From positions 1 through 39,465 of the forward strand of contig CBDUVK010000003.1 of NCBI GenBank assembly GCA_965370645.1: a stretch of DNA of 39,465 bases, in the 5' to 3' direction. This document shows, piece by piece, positions 1 to 9,602 of the stretch. The translations under genes and the position numbers were made by a program. Under the pieces are notes generated by a model. It worked only from the letters and a program-made list of their open reading frames with translations. It ran no database searches and was not told the DNA's origin. Origin of the DNA: an uncultured bacterium (lineage in GTDB: Bacteria > Calditrichota > Calditrichia > RBG-13-44-9). How positions within the stretch are numbered: the stretch's first letter is position 1; every line of letters begins with the position of its first letter.

Positions 1-1
1 A

Positions 2-538
2 CGTGATGAAATCGCAATTCCTAATATCGGTCTAAAGGATGGTAAAAAATTGACGCCACTCCTGGCTACCATGTTTTTCTTTATTCTTTCCTGCAATTTA
101 ATCGGCCTGATTCCCCTTTTTGGAACCGCAACCGCTAATATTACCGTAACTGCTTCACTTGCTATTATTACCTTTTCTACAACCCAAATTATGGGAATGG
201 TCAAAAATGGCGTTTTGGGATATTTCAAAAGCATGGTACCACATGGTGTCCCATTCCCCCTCTTGTTTATTATTGTGCCTATTGAAATTATTGGACTTTT
301 CACGAAACCATTTGCCCTGGCGATGCGGTTATTTGCCAATATGATAGCCGGCCATACCGTCATATTTGCACTCATCGGCTTAATCATTGCCATCGAAAGT
401 TATTTGGTGTCGCCATTTGCGGTGGGATTTGCAGTATTCATAAATTTATTAGAAATTCTGGTAGCGTTTATTCAAGCATATATTTTTACGATGTTGTCTT
501 CACTTTTTATCGGGATGGCCATGCATCCGGAACATTAG
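2..538 (+). CDS. atpB: F0F1 ATP synthase subunit a, 5'-truncated by window edge
   Basis: Frame is open from position 2 (RDEIAIPNIG...). Contains LAMRLFANMIAGH with the essential Arg and LEILVAFIQAYIFTMLS. Confidence 0.97.
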   Translation, partial: RDEIAIPNIGLKDGKKLTPLLATMFFFILSCNLIGLIPLFGTATANITVTASLAIITFSTTQIMGMVKNGVLGYFKSMVPHGVPFPLLFIIVPIEIIGLFTKPFALAMRLFANMIAGHTVIFALIGLIIAIESYLVSPFAVGFAVFINLLEILVAFIQAYIFTMLSSLFIGMAMHPEH

Positions 539-579
539 ATGTTTAATTTATATTAGAAAAATACGAAAAGGAGGAATTC

Positions 580-684
580 AAGGGTGATCTCGCTTTAGCT
601 TATTTAGAGGCTGGAATTGGAGCGGTAATTGTGGTGATTACTACAGGTTTAGGGATTGTGAAAATTAAAGTGATGCATGATTAA
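580..684 (+). pseudogene. Decayed 5' fragment of F0 subunit c (atpE remnant)
   Basis: Strong RBS AAGGAGG (568-574) followed by AAG where ATG is expected. Translates (K)GDLALAYLEAGIGAVIVVITTGLGIVKI, with 14 of 29 aa identical (manual count) to the N-terminus of the intact atpE at 9603, then stops. Confidence 0.85.
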
Positions 685-817
685 ATATTCTTCCGGTATC
701 ATTCTGTAACAAATTTTGCTGAGAATGCAAAGCCGATTATCACCAAACGCAACACTAAAGTACTCTGGTTTGATGATTATTAGCAAAATTTAGAAACAAC
801 TATGTAATAGAAACCAT

Positions 818-835
818 TCTTGAATATTTTCACAA
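818..835. promoter_or_regulatory. Rex-like operator candidate
   Basis: TCTTGAA-TATT-TTCACAA versus Rex consensus TTGTGAA-N4-TTCACAA (2 mismatches, perfect right half-site), upstream of the V-ATPase genes. Confidence 0.35.
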
Positions 836-880
836 TAAAAATCATTGATCCCTCCATGGTGATTGACTTTGAAAATCAAT

Positions 881-909
881 TTGAAGACAATTGAGATCTG
901 TAGTATATT
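881..909 (+). promoter_or_regulatory. Putative sigma70 promoter of the V-ATPase cassette
   Basis: TTGAAG-N17-TATATT ending about 70 nt upstream of the subunit E start; GGAGG RBS at 970-974. Confidence 0.5.
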
Positions 910-981
910 TTACAAGTATATGAGCAATATTCATATGATCCTAGTGTTGTGCATTAATCAAAAGAATATGGAGGATATTAA

Positions 982-1584
982 ATGGACGTAAAGTTAGAAA
1001 ATCTTATTGAAAAAATCAAAACAGATGGCGTTGAACAAGCAAGACAGACAGCTGATGAAATATTGGGGAAGGCGAAAGAGGAGGCAGATAGTATACTTCA
1101 AGATTCAAAAAAAAATGCCGCAAAAATCATTGAAAATGCCCAAAAAGAGGCTGTGATATTTGAGGAAAAAAGTAAACTTGCTATACAACGGGCAGCGCGG
1201 GATACGGAACTGTTGGTGAAAGAGAAGCTAACATCTCTCTTCGATAGAGTCTTCAAAAAAGAAGTATCAGAGGCACTAACTCCTGATTTTCTTCAGAAAG
1301 TCATACTTCAGATGGCAAGCAATTGGGACAATAAAATCCAAACTGAAATCTTACTAAACGAGAAGGACAAATCAGGGTTAGAAACTTTACTTTTCTCTAG
1401 CTTAAAAAACGAGACAAGAGATACTATTTCTATCAAAGTCAGCGATAATGTTTCGAAAGGTTTTCGCATCCGGTTGGAAAATGAGCAAATGTATTATGAT
1501 TTCTCCGATGAAAGCATCGCCGATGTTATGAAGAGCTTTTTAAATCCGAGGTTAAAAGAGATAATGGATGAAAAAAATGGATAA
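982..1584 (+). CDS. ntpE: V/A-type ATPase subunit E
   Basis: N-terminus LENLIEKIKTDGVEQA, charged helical stalk, C-terminus GFRI..YDFSDESIADVMKSFLNPRL; first gene of the E-C-A-B-D-I-K order. Confidence 0.9.
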   Translation: MDVKLENLIEKIKTDGVEQARQTADEILGKAKEEADSILQDSKKNAAKIIENAQKEAVIFEEKSKLAIQRAARDTELLVKEKLTSLFDRVFKKEVSEALTPDFLQKVILQMASNWDNKIQTEILLNEKDKSGLETLLFSSLKNETRDTISIKVSDNVSKGFRIRLENEQMYYDFSDESIADVMKSFLNPRLKEIMDEKNG

Positions 1585-2074
1585 ATACTACTATATTGTT
1601 TCGCAGCTTCCTATATTATTTTTTAACCAAGAAACTTTCATGACAATTGAGTATTTCTTACAGGAATCTGAAAAATGGTTGAGTTCTACAGATTATGAGA
1701 TTTTATCTCAGGTTAATATTAACGATATTTCTCTTGAGAAAAGGGGTCCTAAGCTATGGCAGAAATATAGAGAATTAGAATTTGAGTTTCGAAATGACTT
1801 GGCTTTGTGGAGAAAGTCTTTGCAGGTGGAACAAGAATACAAACCTACAAGCTTTCCTCCCTCTCTTGTAAAGGAAGGGAATCCTTTGGAAGTTGAAAGA
1901 AGGCTTTTAAAAAGAAGGTGGGATTTCATCGATGGCATGGAGCAGGGCCATCATTTTGATTTAGAATTTTTAATTTTATACTATTTAAAATTGCAAATCT
2001 TACATAGACTATTCCAATTTAATAGAGAAAAAGGAATGACAACTTTTCAAAATATTAATAGGGTAACAGTATGA
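1577..2074 (+). CDS. DUF2764-family protein (V-ATPase subunit C-like)
   Basis: MDKYYYIVSQLP start and HHFDLEFLILYYLKLQILHR motif; lies between E and A as in Bacteroidota/Chlamydia/spirochaete V-ATPase operons. Confidence 0.85.
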   Translation: MDKYYYIVSQLPILFFNQETFMTIEYFLQESEKWLSSTDYEILSQVNINDISLEKRGPKLWQKYRELEFEFRNDLALWRKSLQVEQEYKPTSFPPSLVKEGNPLEVERRLLKRRWDFIDGMEQGHHFDLEFLILYYLKLQILHRLFQFNREKGMTTFQNINRVTV

Positions 2075-3813
2075 ATCAAAAGCTTGGAAAAATCACTGGC
2101 ATAAATGGAAATATGCTTACTGTTGTTTTTGATGGAAATATAGTTCAAAATGAAGTGGGTTATGCCTTACGAGACGGAGAGAGGTTAAAATCGGAAATTG
2201 TACGAATTCAGGGAAATAGAGCTTTTTTTCAAGTATTTGAAAGCACAAAAGGACTAAAAGTGGGAGACAGTGTTGAGTTCACAGGAGAATTGCTTTCCGT
2301 ACAACTGGGACCAGGCCTAATTACACAGCAGTTTGATGGTTTGCAAAATCCCTTACCGGATTTGGCTGAAAAATTCGGCTATTTTCTGAAAAGAGGAGTT
2401 GAGATCGACGCTCTGGATCATGAAAAGAAATGGCACTTTACTCCGCTTGTAAAAGTAGGTGAGGTTGTTTTCAAAGGACTTCCTCTTGGACATGTTCCGG
2501 AAACTATATTTAAACATTATATTATGGTACCATTTCATTTTCAGGGTGAATATACGGTTGAGTCTATCGCTAAGGAGGGTGATTATAAGATTAAAGACAC
2601 CATTGCTCATATAAAAGATGAGAAAGGTAATGTAGTTGAATTAACCATGGTGTTTGATTGGCCTGTTAAAATTCCCATTACGGCTTATAAACAAAAATTG
2701 CTTCCGGTAGAACCGTTGATTACAAAAGCGCGAATTATAGACACATTTTTTCCGGTTGCGAAAGGAGGAACGTATTGTATCCCCGGGCCATTCGGCGCTG
2801 GTAAAACCGTGATCCAGCAAATAACCAGTCGATTTGCCGACGTCGATATCGTTATAATTGCAGCTTGCGGTGAACGAGCTGGGGAAATTGTAGAAACCAT
2901 GCGGGAGTTTCCTAAGCTAAAGGATCCAAAGACTGGGAGAACACTCGCGGAAAGAACTATCATAATTGCAAATACCAGTTCAATGCCGGTTGCAGCCCGT
3001 GAAGCCTCGGTGTATACTGCTACAACGCTAGGCGAGTATTATCGCCAGATGGGCTTGGATGTTCTCCTACTTGCCGATTCCACATCTCGATGGGCGCAAG
3101 CGATGCGAGAGGTCTCCGGAAGACTGGAGGAAATCCCTGGCGAGGAAGCATTTCCAGCCTATCTTGAATCTCGAATTGCAGAATTTTATGAACGTGCCGG
3201 TCGGGTCGAGCTTTCGTTCGGCGAGATAGGCAGCCTAACTATTGGTGGAACTGTAAGCCCCGCAGGTGGTAATTTCGAGGAACCGGTAACTCAGGCCACT
3301 TTGAAAGTAGTGAGTGCTTTTCATGGGCTATCTAGAGATCGGGCAAACGCCAGGCGATTTCCTTCTATTCATCCTTTAGAGAGTTGGTCTAAATATGAAA
3401 GTTTCGTCCCTGAAGATATCATCGAAACAGCTCGCCACTTTTTATTCAAGGGTGATGAGGTTCGTCAGATGATGATGGTTATTGGTGAGGAAGGAATCTC
3501 GATAGAAGATTTTGAAATTTATTTAAAATCAGAATTTTTGGATAGTGTTTATCTACAGCAGAATGGTTTTGATCCAATTGATGCTGCAACATCACCGGAA
3601 AGACAAATATATGTTTCCAAGAAAATTAATGGAATTTTGAAAAAAGAAATTCCTTTTGAAGATAAAATTCAAGCACGAAAGTTCTTTTACGAGCTACGCC
3701 AAAAGTTTATAGATTGGAACTACATGGAGTTTGAAACAGACGAATTTAATCGACAAGAAAAAGCGATCGACGATTTAATAGAAGGAATATTCGAAAATGA
3801 GAAAAGTGTATGA
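2071..3813 (+). CDS. ntpA: V/A-type ATPase catalytic subunit A
   Basis: Walker [52 protein letters not shown]. Confidence 0.98.
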   Translation: MNQKLGKITGINGNMLTVVFDGNIVQNEVGYALRDGERLKSEIVRIQGNRAFFQVFESTKGLKVGDSVEFTGELLSVQLGPGLITQQFDGLQNPLPDLAEKFGYFLKRGVEIDALDHEKKWHFTPLVKVGEVVFKGLPLGHVPETIFKHYIMVPFHFQGEYTVESIAKEGDYKIKDTIAHIKDEKGNVVELTMVFDWPVKIPITAYKQKLLPVEPLITKARIIDTFFPVAKGGTYCIPGPFGAGKTVIQQITSRFADVDIVIIAACGERAGEIVETMREFPKLKDPKTGRTLAERTIIIANTSSMPVAAREASVYTATTLGEYYRQMGLDVLLLADSTSRWAQAMREVSGRLEEIPGEEAFPAYLESRIAEFYERAGRVELSFGEIGSLTIGGTVSPAGGNFEEPVTQATLKVVSAFHGLSRDRANARRFPSIHPLESWSKYESFVPEDIIETARHFLFKGDEVRQMMMVIGEEGISIEDFEIYLKSEFLDSVYLQQNGFDPIDAATSPERQIYVSKKINGILKKEIPFEDKIQARKFFYELRQKFIDWNYMEFETDEFNRQEKAIDDLIEGIFENEKSV

Positions 3814-5137
3814 TAAAATTTTAAGCATCTCTGGGAATGTAATTACTGTTAAAGCAACAGATGTTGGTTACGAGGAGCTTGCAGAAATTACTTCACAGCG
3901 TGGCAAGTCGCTTGCGCAGGTAATAAAGCTGGAAGATGATTTAGTGTCGCTTCAAGTTTTTGCAGGTAGCAGGGGCATATCCACTAGTGATGAGATTCGG
4001 TTTTTGGGTCATCCCATGCAAGTATCGTTCTCTGAAAATATGCAAGGACGAATTTTTAGAGGTAGCGGGATGCCACGCGACAATGGACCTTTTATTTCAG
4101 AACATGTCATTCCCATTGCCGGTCCTTCGGTTAATCCTGCGAAACGGATTATCCCCGAGCGAATGGTTCGCACTAATATTCCAATGATTGATGTCTTTAA
4201 CTCTTTGGTAGCTTCACAAAAACTACCTATTTTTTCTGTCTCCGGCGAACCTTACAATGAATTGCTGGCTCGAATTGCGTTGCAGGCCGAGGTTGATATG
4301 ATCATTCTGGGCGGTATCGGATTGAAATATGATCAATACATGTTTTTCAAAAATACATTAGATGAAGGTGGTGCCCTAAATAGATCCATATTCTTTATTC
4401 ATACTGCTGCCGAGCCAATTGTTGAAGGTCTGATGGTTCCCGATTTATCGCTTGCCGTAGCTGAAAATTTTGCCCTACAAGGTAAGGACGTATTGGTTCT
4501 TCTAACGGATATGACAAACTTTGCCGATGCTCTTAAAGAGATCGCCATAACGATGGAGCAGGTGCCGTCAAACCGCGGTTATCCAGGTGATTTGTACAGC
4601 CAATTGGCATCCCGCTATGAAAAAGCTGTGGATTTTGCTGATGCGGGCTCGATTACTATTCTGGCGGTTACGACAATGCCTGGCGATGATGTTACCCATC
4701 CCGTTCCGGATAATACCGGCTATATCACAGAGGGGCAATTTTACCTGCGGAATGGACGGATTGAACCTTTTGGTTCGTTAAGCCGGCTGAAACAATTGGT
4801 CAATGCTAATACGCGAAAGGATCACCGGGCAATCATGGATGGTATGATTCAGTTGTACGCTCAATATATGGAAACCGAAGAAAAAAGATCCATGGGATTT
4901 AGAATGACCGACTGGGATAAAAAGCTACTAAAATATGGACACATGTTTGAATCTCAGATGATGGATTTATCGGTCAATATTCCTCTCGAACAGGCCCTCG
5001 ATAGAGGATGGGACATTCTGGCAGAGTGTTATAGACCCGAAGAGACCGGTTTGCGAACAGAGTTAATCAAAGAGTTTTGGCCGGATAATTCTCGACCTGA
5101 AGAGCCTAAAGTTGAAGCTACGGAAACAGCTAATTAA
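3797..5137 (+). CDS. ntpB: V/A-type ATPase subunit B
   Basis: [47 protein letters not shown]. Confidence 0.98.
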   Translation: MRKVYDKILSISGNVITVKATDVGYEELAEITSQRGKSLAQVIKLEDDLVSLQVFAGSRGISTSDEIRFLGHPMQVSFSENMQGRIFRGSGMPRDNGPFISEHVIPIAGPSVNPAKRIIPERMVRTNIPMIDVFNSLVASQKLPIFSVSGEPYNELLARIALQAEVDMIILGGIGLKYDQYMFFKNTLDEGGALNRSIFFIHTAAEPIVEGLMVPDLSLAVAENFALQGKDVLVLLTDMTNFADALKEIAITMEQVPSNRGYPGDLYSQLASRYEKAVDFADAGSITILAVTTMPGDDVTHPVPDNTGYITEGQFYLRNGRIEPFGSLSRLKQLVNANTRKDHRAIMDGMIQLYAQYMETEEKRSMGFRMTDWDKKLLKYGHMFESQMMDLSVNIPLEQALDRGWDILAECYRPEETGLRTELIKEFWPDNSRPEEPKVEATETAN

Positions 5138-5249
5138 ATTGAGTAAATGATTTATTTAAATGCATCTTTTCTGATATGGTCGCAAAAGAGATTAAATTAT
5201 TTCGGAAGGAAATAGTTCAACAAAAAAGATGAAATAATGGCAGACGAAG

Positions 5250-5864
5250 ATGGCGAAAATCAAACTAACAAAGAATGAACTGAAAAAACAAAAAGATAAC
5301 CTCAAAAGGTTTACTCGATATCTACCCACGCTTGAGCTTAAGAAAAGGCAGTTGTTGCAAGAAATCAGTACTATTCAGAAAACTCACGATAGACTTCAGG
5401 CTGAGTTTGAGAGTGTGGATAAAGAGGTATATCAATGGGTGGATGTATTCGCGGAGGATGTTGATTTACAAAATATTATCAAGGTTAAAGAAGTAAAAAA
5501 AGAACAAAGTAACATAGCCGGAATTGACATCCCAATTTTCAAAGAAGTGATTTTCGAAGACATTGACTATGATTTTTTACAAACCCCTTTGTGGATAGAC
5601 AAAGGGATTAAGGTTAGCATTGAACAAATTAAACGCAAAGCAGAATTACAGATTATTGAAAAACAGTTAGATATTCTAAGAGAAGAACTTCGAATTACTA
5701 TTCAGAGAATTAAGCTGTTTGAAGAAGTTAAAATCCCAGAGGCCAGAGAAAATATCAGAATTATCCAAATTTTCTTAGGCGATCAACAAACGGCTGCGGT
5801 TGTTAGAGGTAAGATTGCTAAAGCAAAAATTGAAAAGAAGAAACAAAGGGTAAATCCCGTATGA
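5250..5864 (+). CDS. ntpD: V/A-type ATPase subunit D
   Basis: MAKIKLTKNELK...YLPTLELKKRQL and QRIKLFEEVKIPE motifs. Confidence 0.95.
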   Translation: MAKIKLTKNELKKQKDNLKRFTRYLPTLELKKRQLLQEISTIQKTHDRLQAEFESVDKEVYQWVDVFAEDVDLQNIIKVKEVKKEQSNIAGIDIPIFKEVIFEDIDYDFLQTPLWIDKGIKVSIEQIKRKAELQIIEKQLDILREELRITIQRIKLFEEVKIPEARENIRIIQIFLGDQQTAAVVRGKIAKAKIEKKKQRVNPV

Positions 5865-7633
5865 TTGTAAAAATGCAGAAAATAACACTTCTTGTGGAAA
5901 ATAAACACCGGGAAGCAGCTTTAATAAAATTAAGAGAATTGGGTGTACTTCATATTCATTATGTTAAAAATCCATCATCTAATGACATAAACATGATCGA
6001 GACCGAGTTGGCTAATGTTGAAAAAGCACAGCGCCTGATCGGTGAAGAAAATATTCCACAGAAAGAAGCAAACCTCAAACCAGCTTCAACTTATATTGAG
6101 AAAATCCTCTCACTTGCTCAGGAAAAAGATACCCTATTGAGGGAATTGGAGGAGCATCAGGAAAAAAGACGTTGGTTTCAAAACTGGGGTGCTGTCTCAT
6201 ATGCTTCACTGCAAAAATTAAAAGAAGCTGGCATTACGGTTCGATTTTATATGACAGATAAAAATGCCATTAAAAAAATACCTGTCGAAAAAATAATTCA
6301 TTTGGTGAAAGAGGAACAAGGCACAATATATTTTGCATATTTTGCTGAGTCTCCAGATGACCACTTGGATTATAAACAAGATTTTATGCCTGAAATTGAA
6401 CTTCCTTCCTTAGAAAATACTGTTGCCAAAATTCAACAGAGGATTGGAAAGATAGACAATGAGCTACGTGAATTGAGCAAAGTCCGGAGTACATTGGATG
6501 CCTATCATGCGGATTTGGAAAAACGATTGGAATTCAGTAAAGTCATGTATAGCATGGGTGAAGTTGAAAATATTACTTACCTGGAGGGATTCTCTCCGGT
6601 TGATATGATACCTTTAATTAAAAAAAAAGCAGAGGAAGAGGGATGGGCATATCTCATTCAGGAACCGGATGATCCGTTTGAGGCACCGACCTTGTTACAC
6701 CAGCCAAGATGGCTCAGGATTGTAAATCCGATATTCAACTTCATGGGAGCTTTGCCAGGCTATAAAGAGCTTGATATAAGTTTCTGGTTTTTGCTCTTTT
6801 TCAGTCTTTTCTTCGGTATAATCATCGGTGATGCTGGTTACGGTCTTATCTTTTTATTGACAAGCTTTTTTTTATCAAGGAAAATGAAGAATGCTCCTAG
6901 AGAACCCTTCGTATTATTAACAGTATTGAGTGTGGCCACCATAATTTGGGGAGTCATCTCAGGAAACTGGTTTGGTTTCCAAAAAATTGGCCAATTGCCA
7001 TTTCTAAATTTTATGGTTATTGACCAAATGGATGCTTTTGTAGATGCCAACCAGATGTTTATTATGTATCTATGTTTTCTTATTGCTGCCATCCATCTAA
7101 CTGTTGCCCATGCACTATCCGCGGTCAAATATATAAACTCTCCGGTAGCATTATCCGAACTCGGTTGGATTTGTTTGGTATGGACATTGTTTTTCACTGC
7201 CGGCAATCTGGTATTGAAAAAACCATTTCCCAGCTTTATGGTCTTTGTTCTTCTAGTTGGAGTAGTAATGATTTTACTATTTGCCAATTTTCAAAAAAAC
7301 ATTTTTAAAGGTGTAGCCAAAACTCTATCGAGTCTTCCGTTGGATATCATCAGCTCATTTTCTGATGTGGTGTCCTATCTCCGCTTGTTTGCAGTTGGAT
7401 ATGCAACGGTTACTGTAGCTTCAAGCTTTAATGGCATGGCTGGGCAGTTGGGGTTCAGTTCAGTAGTCACAGGTTTAATTTCGGCGTTTATCTTATTTCT
7501 TGGTCACTCTCTCAATATTATTCTGGCATTAATGTCAGTGATCGTTCATGGTATCCGTCTGAACATGCTTGAGTTTTCAGGGCATTTGAATATGCAGTGG
7601 TCGGGGAGACCATATGCACCTTTTAAGGAATAG
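5861..7633 (+). CDS. ntpI: V/A-type ATPase subunit I (a)
   Basis: Soluble N-terminal half and membrane C-terminal half with FFGIIIGDAGYG, DVVSYLRLFAVG (essential Arg) and VHGIRLNMLEF. Confidence 0.96.
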   Translation: MIVKMQKITLLVENKHREAALIKLRELGVLHIHYVKNPSSNDINMIETELANVEKAQRLIGEENIPQKEANLKPASTYIEKILSLAQEKDTLLRELEEHQEKRRWFQNWGAVSYASLQKLKEAGITVRFYMTDKNAIKKIPVEKIIHLVKEEQGTIYFAYFAESPDDHLDYKQDFMPEIELPSLENTVAKIQQRIGKIDNELRELSKVRSTLDAYHADLEKRLEFSKVMYSMGEVENITYLEGFSPVDMIPLIKKKAEEEGWAYLIQEPDDPFEAPTLLHQPRWLRIVNPIFNFMGALPGYKELDISFWFLLFFSLFFGIIIGDAGYGLIFLLTSFFLSRKMKNAPREPFVLLTVLSVATIIWGVISGNWFGFQKIGQLPFLNFMVIDQMDAFVDANQMFIMYLCFLIAAIHLTVAHALSAVKYINSPVALSELGWICLVWTLFFTAGNLVLKKPFPSFMVFVLLVGVVMILLFANFQKNIFKGVAKTLSSLPLDIISSFSDVVSYLRLFAVGYATVTVASSFNGMAGQLGFSSVVTGLISAFILFLGHSLNIILALMSVIVHGIRLNMLEFSGHLNMQWSGRPYAPFKE

Positions 7634-7736
7634 GCTGGGGAATTGGATGAAAGAGTATAATTATTAATTTTAACATTTTCAAAAGGTGTGAAAAACCAAT
7701 AACTGATAACAATATTCCAAATGAAAGGAGAATGTA

Positions 7737-8180
7737 ATGATCGAAGGATTGGGTGATATGAATATTTCTTTGGCGTTCGCGGCTGTTGGTTCGGCCTTGG
7801 GGACAGGCGTTGCTGGTATGTCAGCTATTGGTGCATGGAAAAAAGCCTTTGCACAAAACAAAGCAGCACCATTTATTCTTATTGCATTTGTTGGAATGCC
7901 TCTGTCTCAAACTATTTATGGAATGATTTTACGTAATGCTATTGTAGCCAGAAATCTACCACCAGAGTTCTATGGATACCAATTGCTCATTGGTCTCTTA
8001 GCTGGATTCGCAATGGGAATGTCGGCCTTCATGCAGGGTAAAGCTGGTGCCAAGGCGGCCGATGCTCTTGCAGAAACCGGCAAAGGATTTGGAAATTACA
8101 TCATGGTTTTGGGCGTTATTGAAACTGTTGCACTCTTCGTAATGGTTTTTACTATGACGGCACTACCGACGGTATCGTGA
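7737..8180 (+). CDS. ntpK: V/A-type ATPase proteolipid subunit K (4-TM), Na+-type signature
   Basis: Hydrophobic duplicated hairpin with PLSQTIYG, SAFMQG and VIETVALF; RBS AAGGAG. Confidence 0.95.
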   Translation: MIEGLGDMNISLAFAAVGSALGTGVAGMSAIGAWKKAFAQNKAAPFILIAFVGMPLSQTIYGMILRNAIVARNLPPEFYGYQLLIGLLAGFAMGMSAFMQGKAGAKAADALAETGKGFGNYIMVLGVIETVALFVMVFTMTALPTVS

Positions 8181-8479
8181 CAAAAAAGTTTGTTATTTTG
8201 TATATAAAAACCATGCGAAATCGATCCAGCCAAAATGGTGCCTGAAATACTAAATTCAGGACTATTGATATTTACCCTGAATATGAAAGCGATAGAATCC
8301 CCTAAAACGATTGGTAGATATTATATAGAAAAAAGGCTGAAAATATAGGGTATCAGGTAAAGTACTTATTTCAAGACCATAATGAAAATTGAAGGCTTTT
8401 AAACCACAGAATAGTATAGGTTCTGATAGTTACATAAAAATATGTTGCTTACCCTGGAGGAATAAACCTGGAGTGAAAG

Positions 8480-9391
8480 ATGTATAGATATAAAAACCTT
8501 CTAATCAATCTCAATTTATCAGGTTTGGATGCTGCAACAATTGCCTATTCATCAATGATAAGTCACCTGGCACGATCGGAAAAAGCATCCTTTATTCATG
8601 TTAGCCAAAAATCGGAATTTTATAAGAAGTTGGGGCAGGAAGGTCCGGATCCTTCAGAGTCGCTGGATGAATACCTTGATTCTGAAATTAGGAAAAGTAT
8701 TCAAAAAAATTTTAAGGAGCCTGCTGGTATAGAAAAAAATATTGAAGTTCTTAAAGGAAATCCCTTTCACCAGCTACTTCGATACTCAGCACAAAAACAG
8801 ATTGATTTAATAATCGTCAGCAAAGAAAAAGATGCGAGTAAGGCGAGGAGACTACCATTAAAGTTGGAGAGGAGAGCACCCTGCTCAGTTTTAATTCTCC
8901 CGCATCAATCTAAGCCGTCGATCTTAAAAATTCTAGTACCGATTGATTGCTCGAAAAATTCTGCCGATGCAATGGAAATGGGGATCGCATTTGCAGCTGC
9001 TGCAGGCATTCCTGAAATTATTTGCCTAATTGTGTATTGTCTCCCGTTAGGTTATTACAAAACCGGAAAAAGTGAGGAACAATTTGCAGACATCATGAGA
9101 AAGAATTCGGAAGAAAATTATTCGAATTTCATTAAGCAGTTCGATTTAAAAGGTGTATCGGTTACTCCGCAATTCGTGTTTGATAAGAACACTGTAAAAG
9201 GGATTCAAGATACCATAAAAAGGGAGGAGATTGATCTTGTTGCCACAGGAGCTCGAGGTAGAAGCACCTCCTCGGCAGTTTTAATAAGAAGCGTAACCGA
9301 AAAGTTGATTAGGACTACCAATGTCCCAATCATCGCTGTGAAAGAGAAAGGTGCAAACATGAAATTTATTGAAGCACTATTCAAGTTGTGA
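8480..9391 (+). CDS. Universal stress protein (tandem USP domains)
   Basis: IDLIIV...APCSVLILP followed by KILVPIDCSKNS...IDLVATGARG...SVTEKLIR..VPIIAV. Confidence 0.9.
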   Translation: MYRYKNLLINLNLSGLDAATIAYSSMISHLARSEKASFIHVSQKSEFYKKLGQEGPDPSESLDEYLDSEIRKSIQKNFKEPAGIEKNIEVLKGNPFHQLLRYSAQKQIDLIIVSKEKDASKARRLPLKLERRAPCSVLILPHQSKPSILKILVPIDCSKNSADAMEMGIAFAAAAGIPEIICLIVYCLPLGYYKTGKSEEQFADIMRKNSEENYSNFIKQFDLKGVSVTPQFVFDKNTVKGIQDTIKREEIDLVATGARGRSTSSAVLIRSVTEKLIRTTNVPIIAVKEKGANMKFIEALFKL

Positions 9392-9439
9392 CAACTGTTC
9401 AAGAAGTTAAACTAATAAATTTTTAGAAAAATATTATTG

Positions 9440-9589
9440 ATGGTAAAATTTTTCTCTGTAAACAGTAATACATTGCAAATATTGGATGCTTTTGTTCATA
9501 CATTTAATTTTATGACGTTGTCTTCTCTATTTATTGTTATGGAGATGCAACCAAAACATGAAACTATAAAAAAAATAAAACATTTTTAA
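9440..9589 (+). pseudogene. Decayed 3' fragment of F0 subunit a (atpB remnant; still a 49-codon open frame)
   Basis: FSVNSNTLQILDAFVHTFNFMTLSSLFIVMEMQPKH aligns without gaps to the atpB C-terminus FAVFINLLEILVAFIQAYIFTMLSSLFIGMAMHPEH (19 of 36 identical, manual count) and sits directly before the intact atpE. Confidence 0.85.
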
Positions 9590-9602
9590 GAAGGAGAAGA
9601 TA

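Noticed and set aside
705-790. c-di-GMP-I or Na+ riboswitch suggested by GCAAAGCC
   Set aside because: No GNRA-capped P2 stem or tetraloop receptor is recognisable; kept only as an unassigned hairpin.
862-880. FNR box
   Set aside because: Spacing between the TTGAC and ATCAA half-sites is 7 nt rather than 4.
982-8180. V-ATPase lacks separate F and G subunit genes
   Set aside because: The E-DUF2764-A-B-D-I-K set is the known reduced composition in Bacteroidota, Chlamydia and spirochaete-type operons, so this is not evidence of decay.
8181-8479. Short inverted repeats in the ntpK-USP gap (CCTGAA/TTCAGG; TTTACCCTGA/TCAGGTAAA)
   Set aside because: Too short and imperfect for AT-rich DNA; no convincing terminator, ORF or RNA family.
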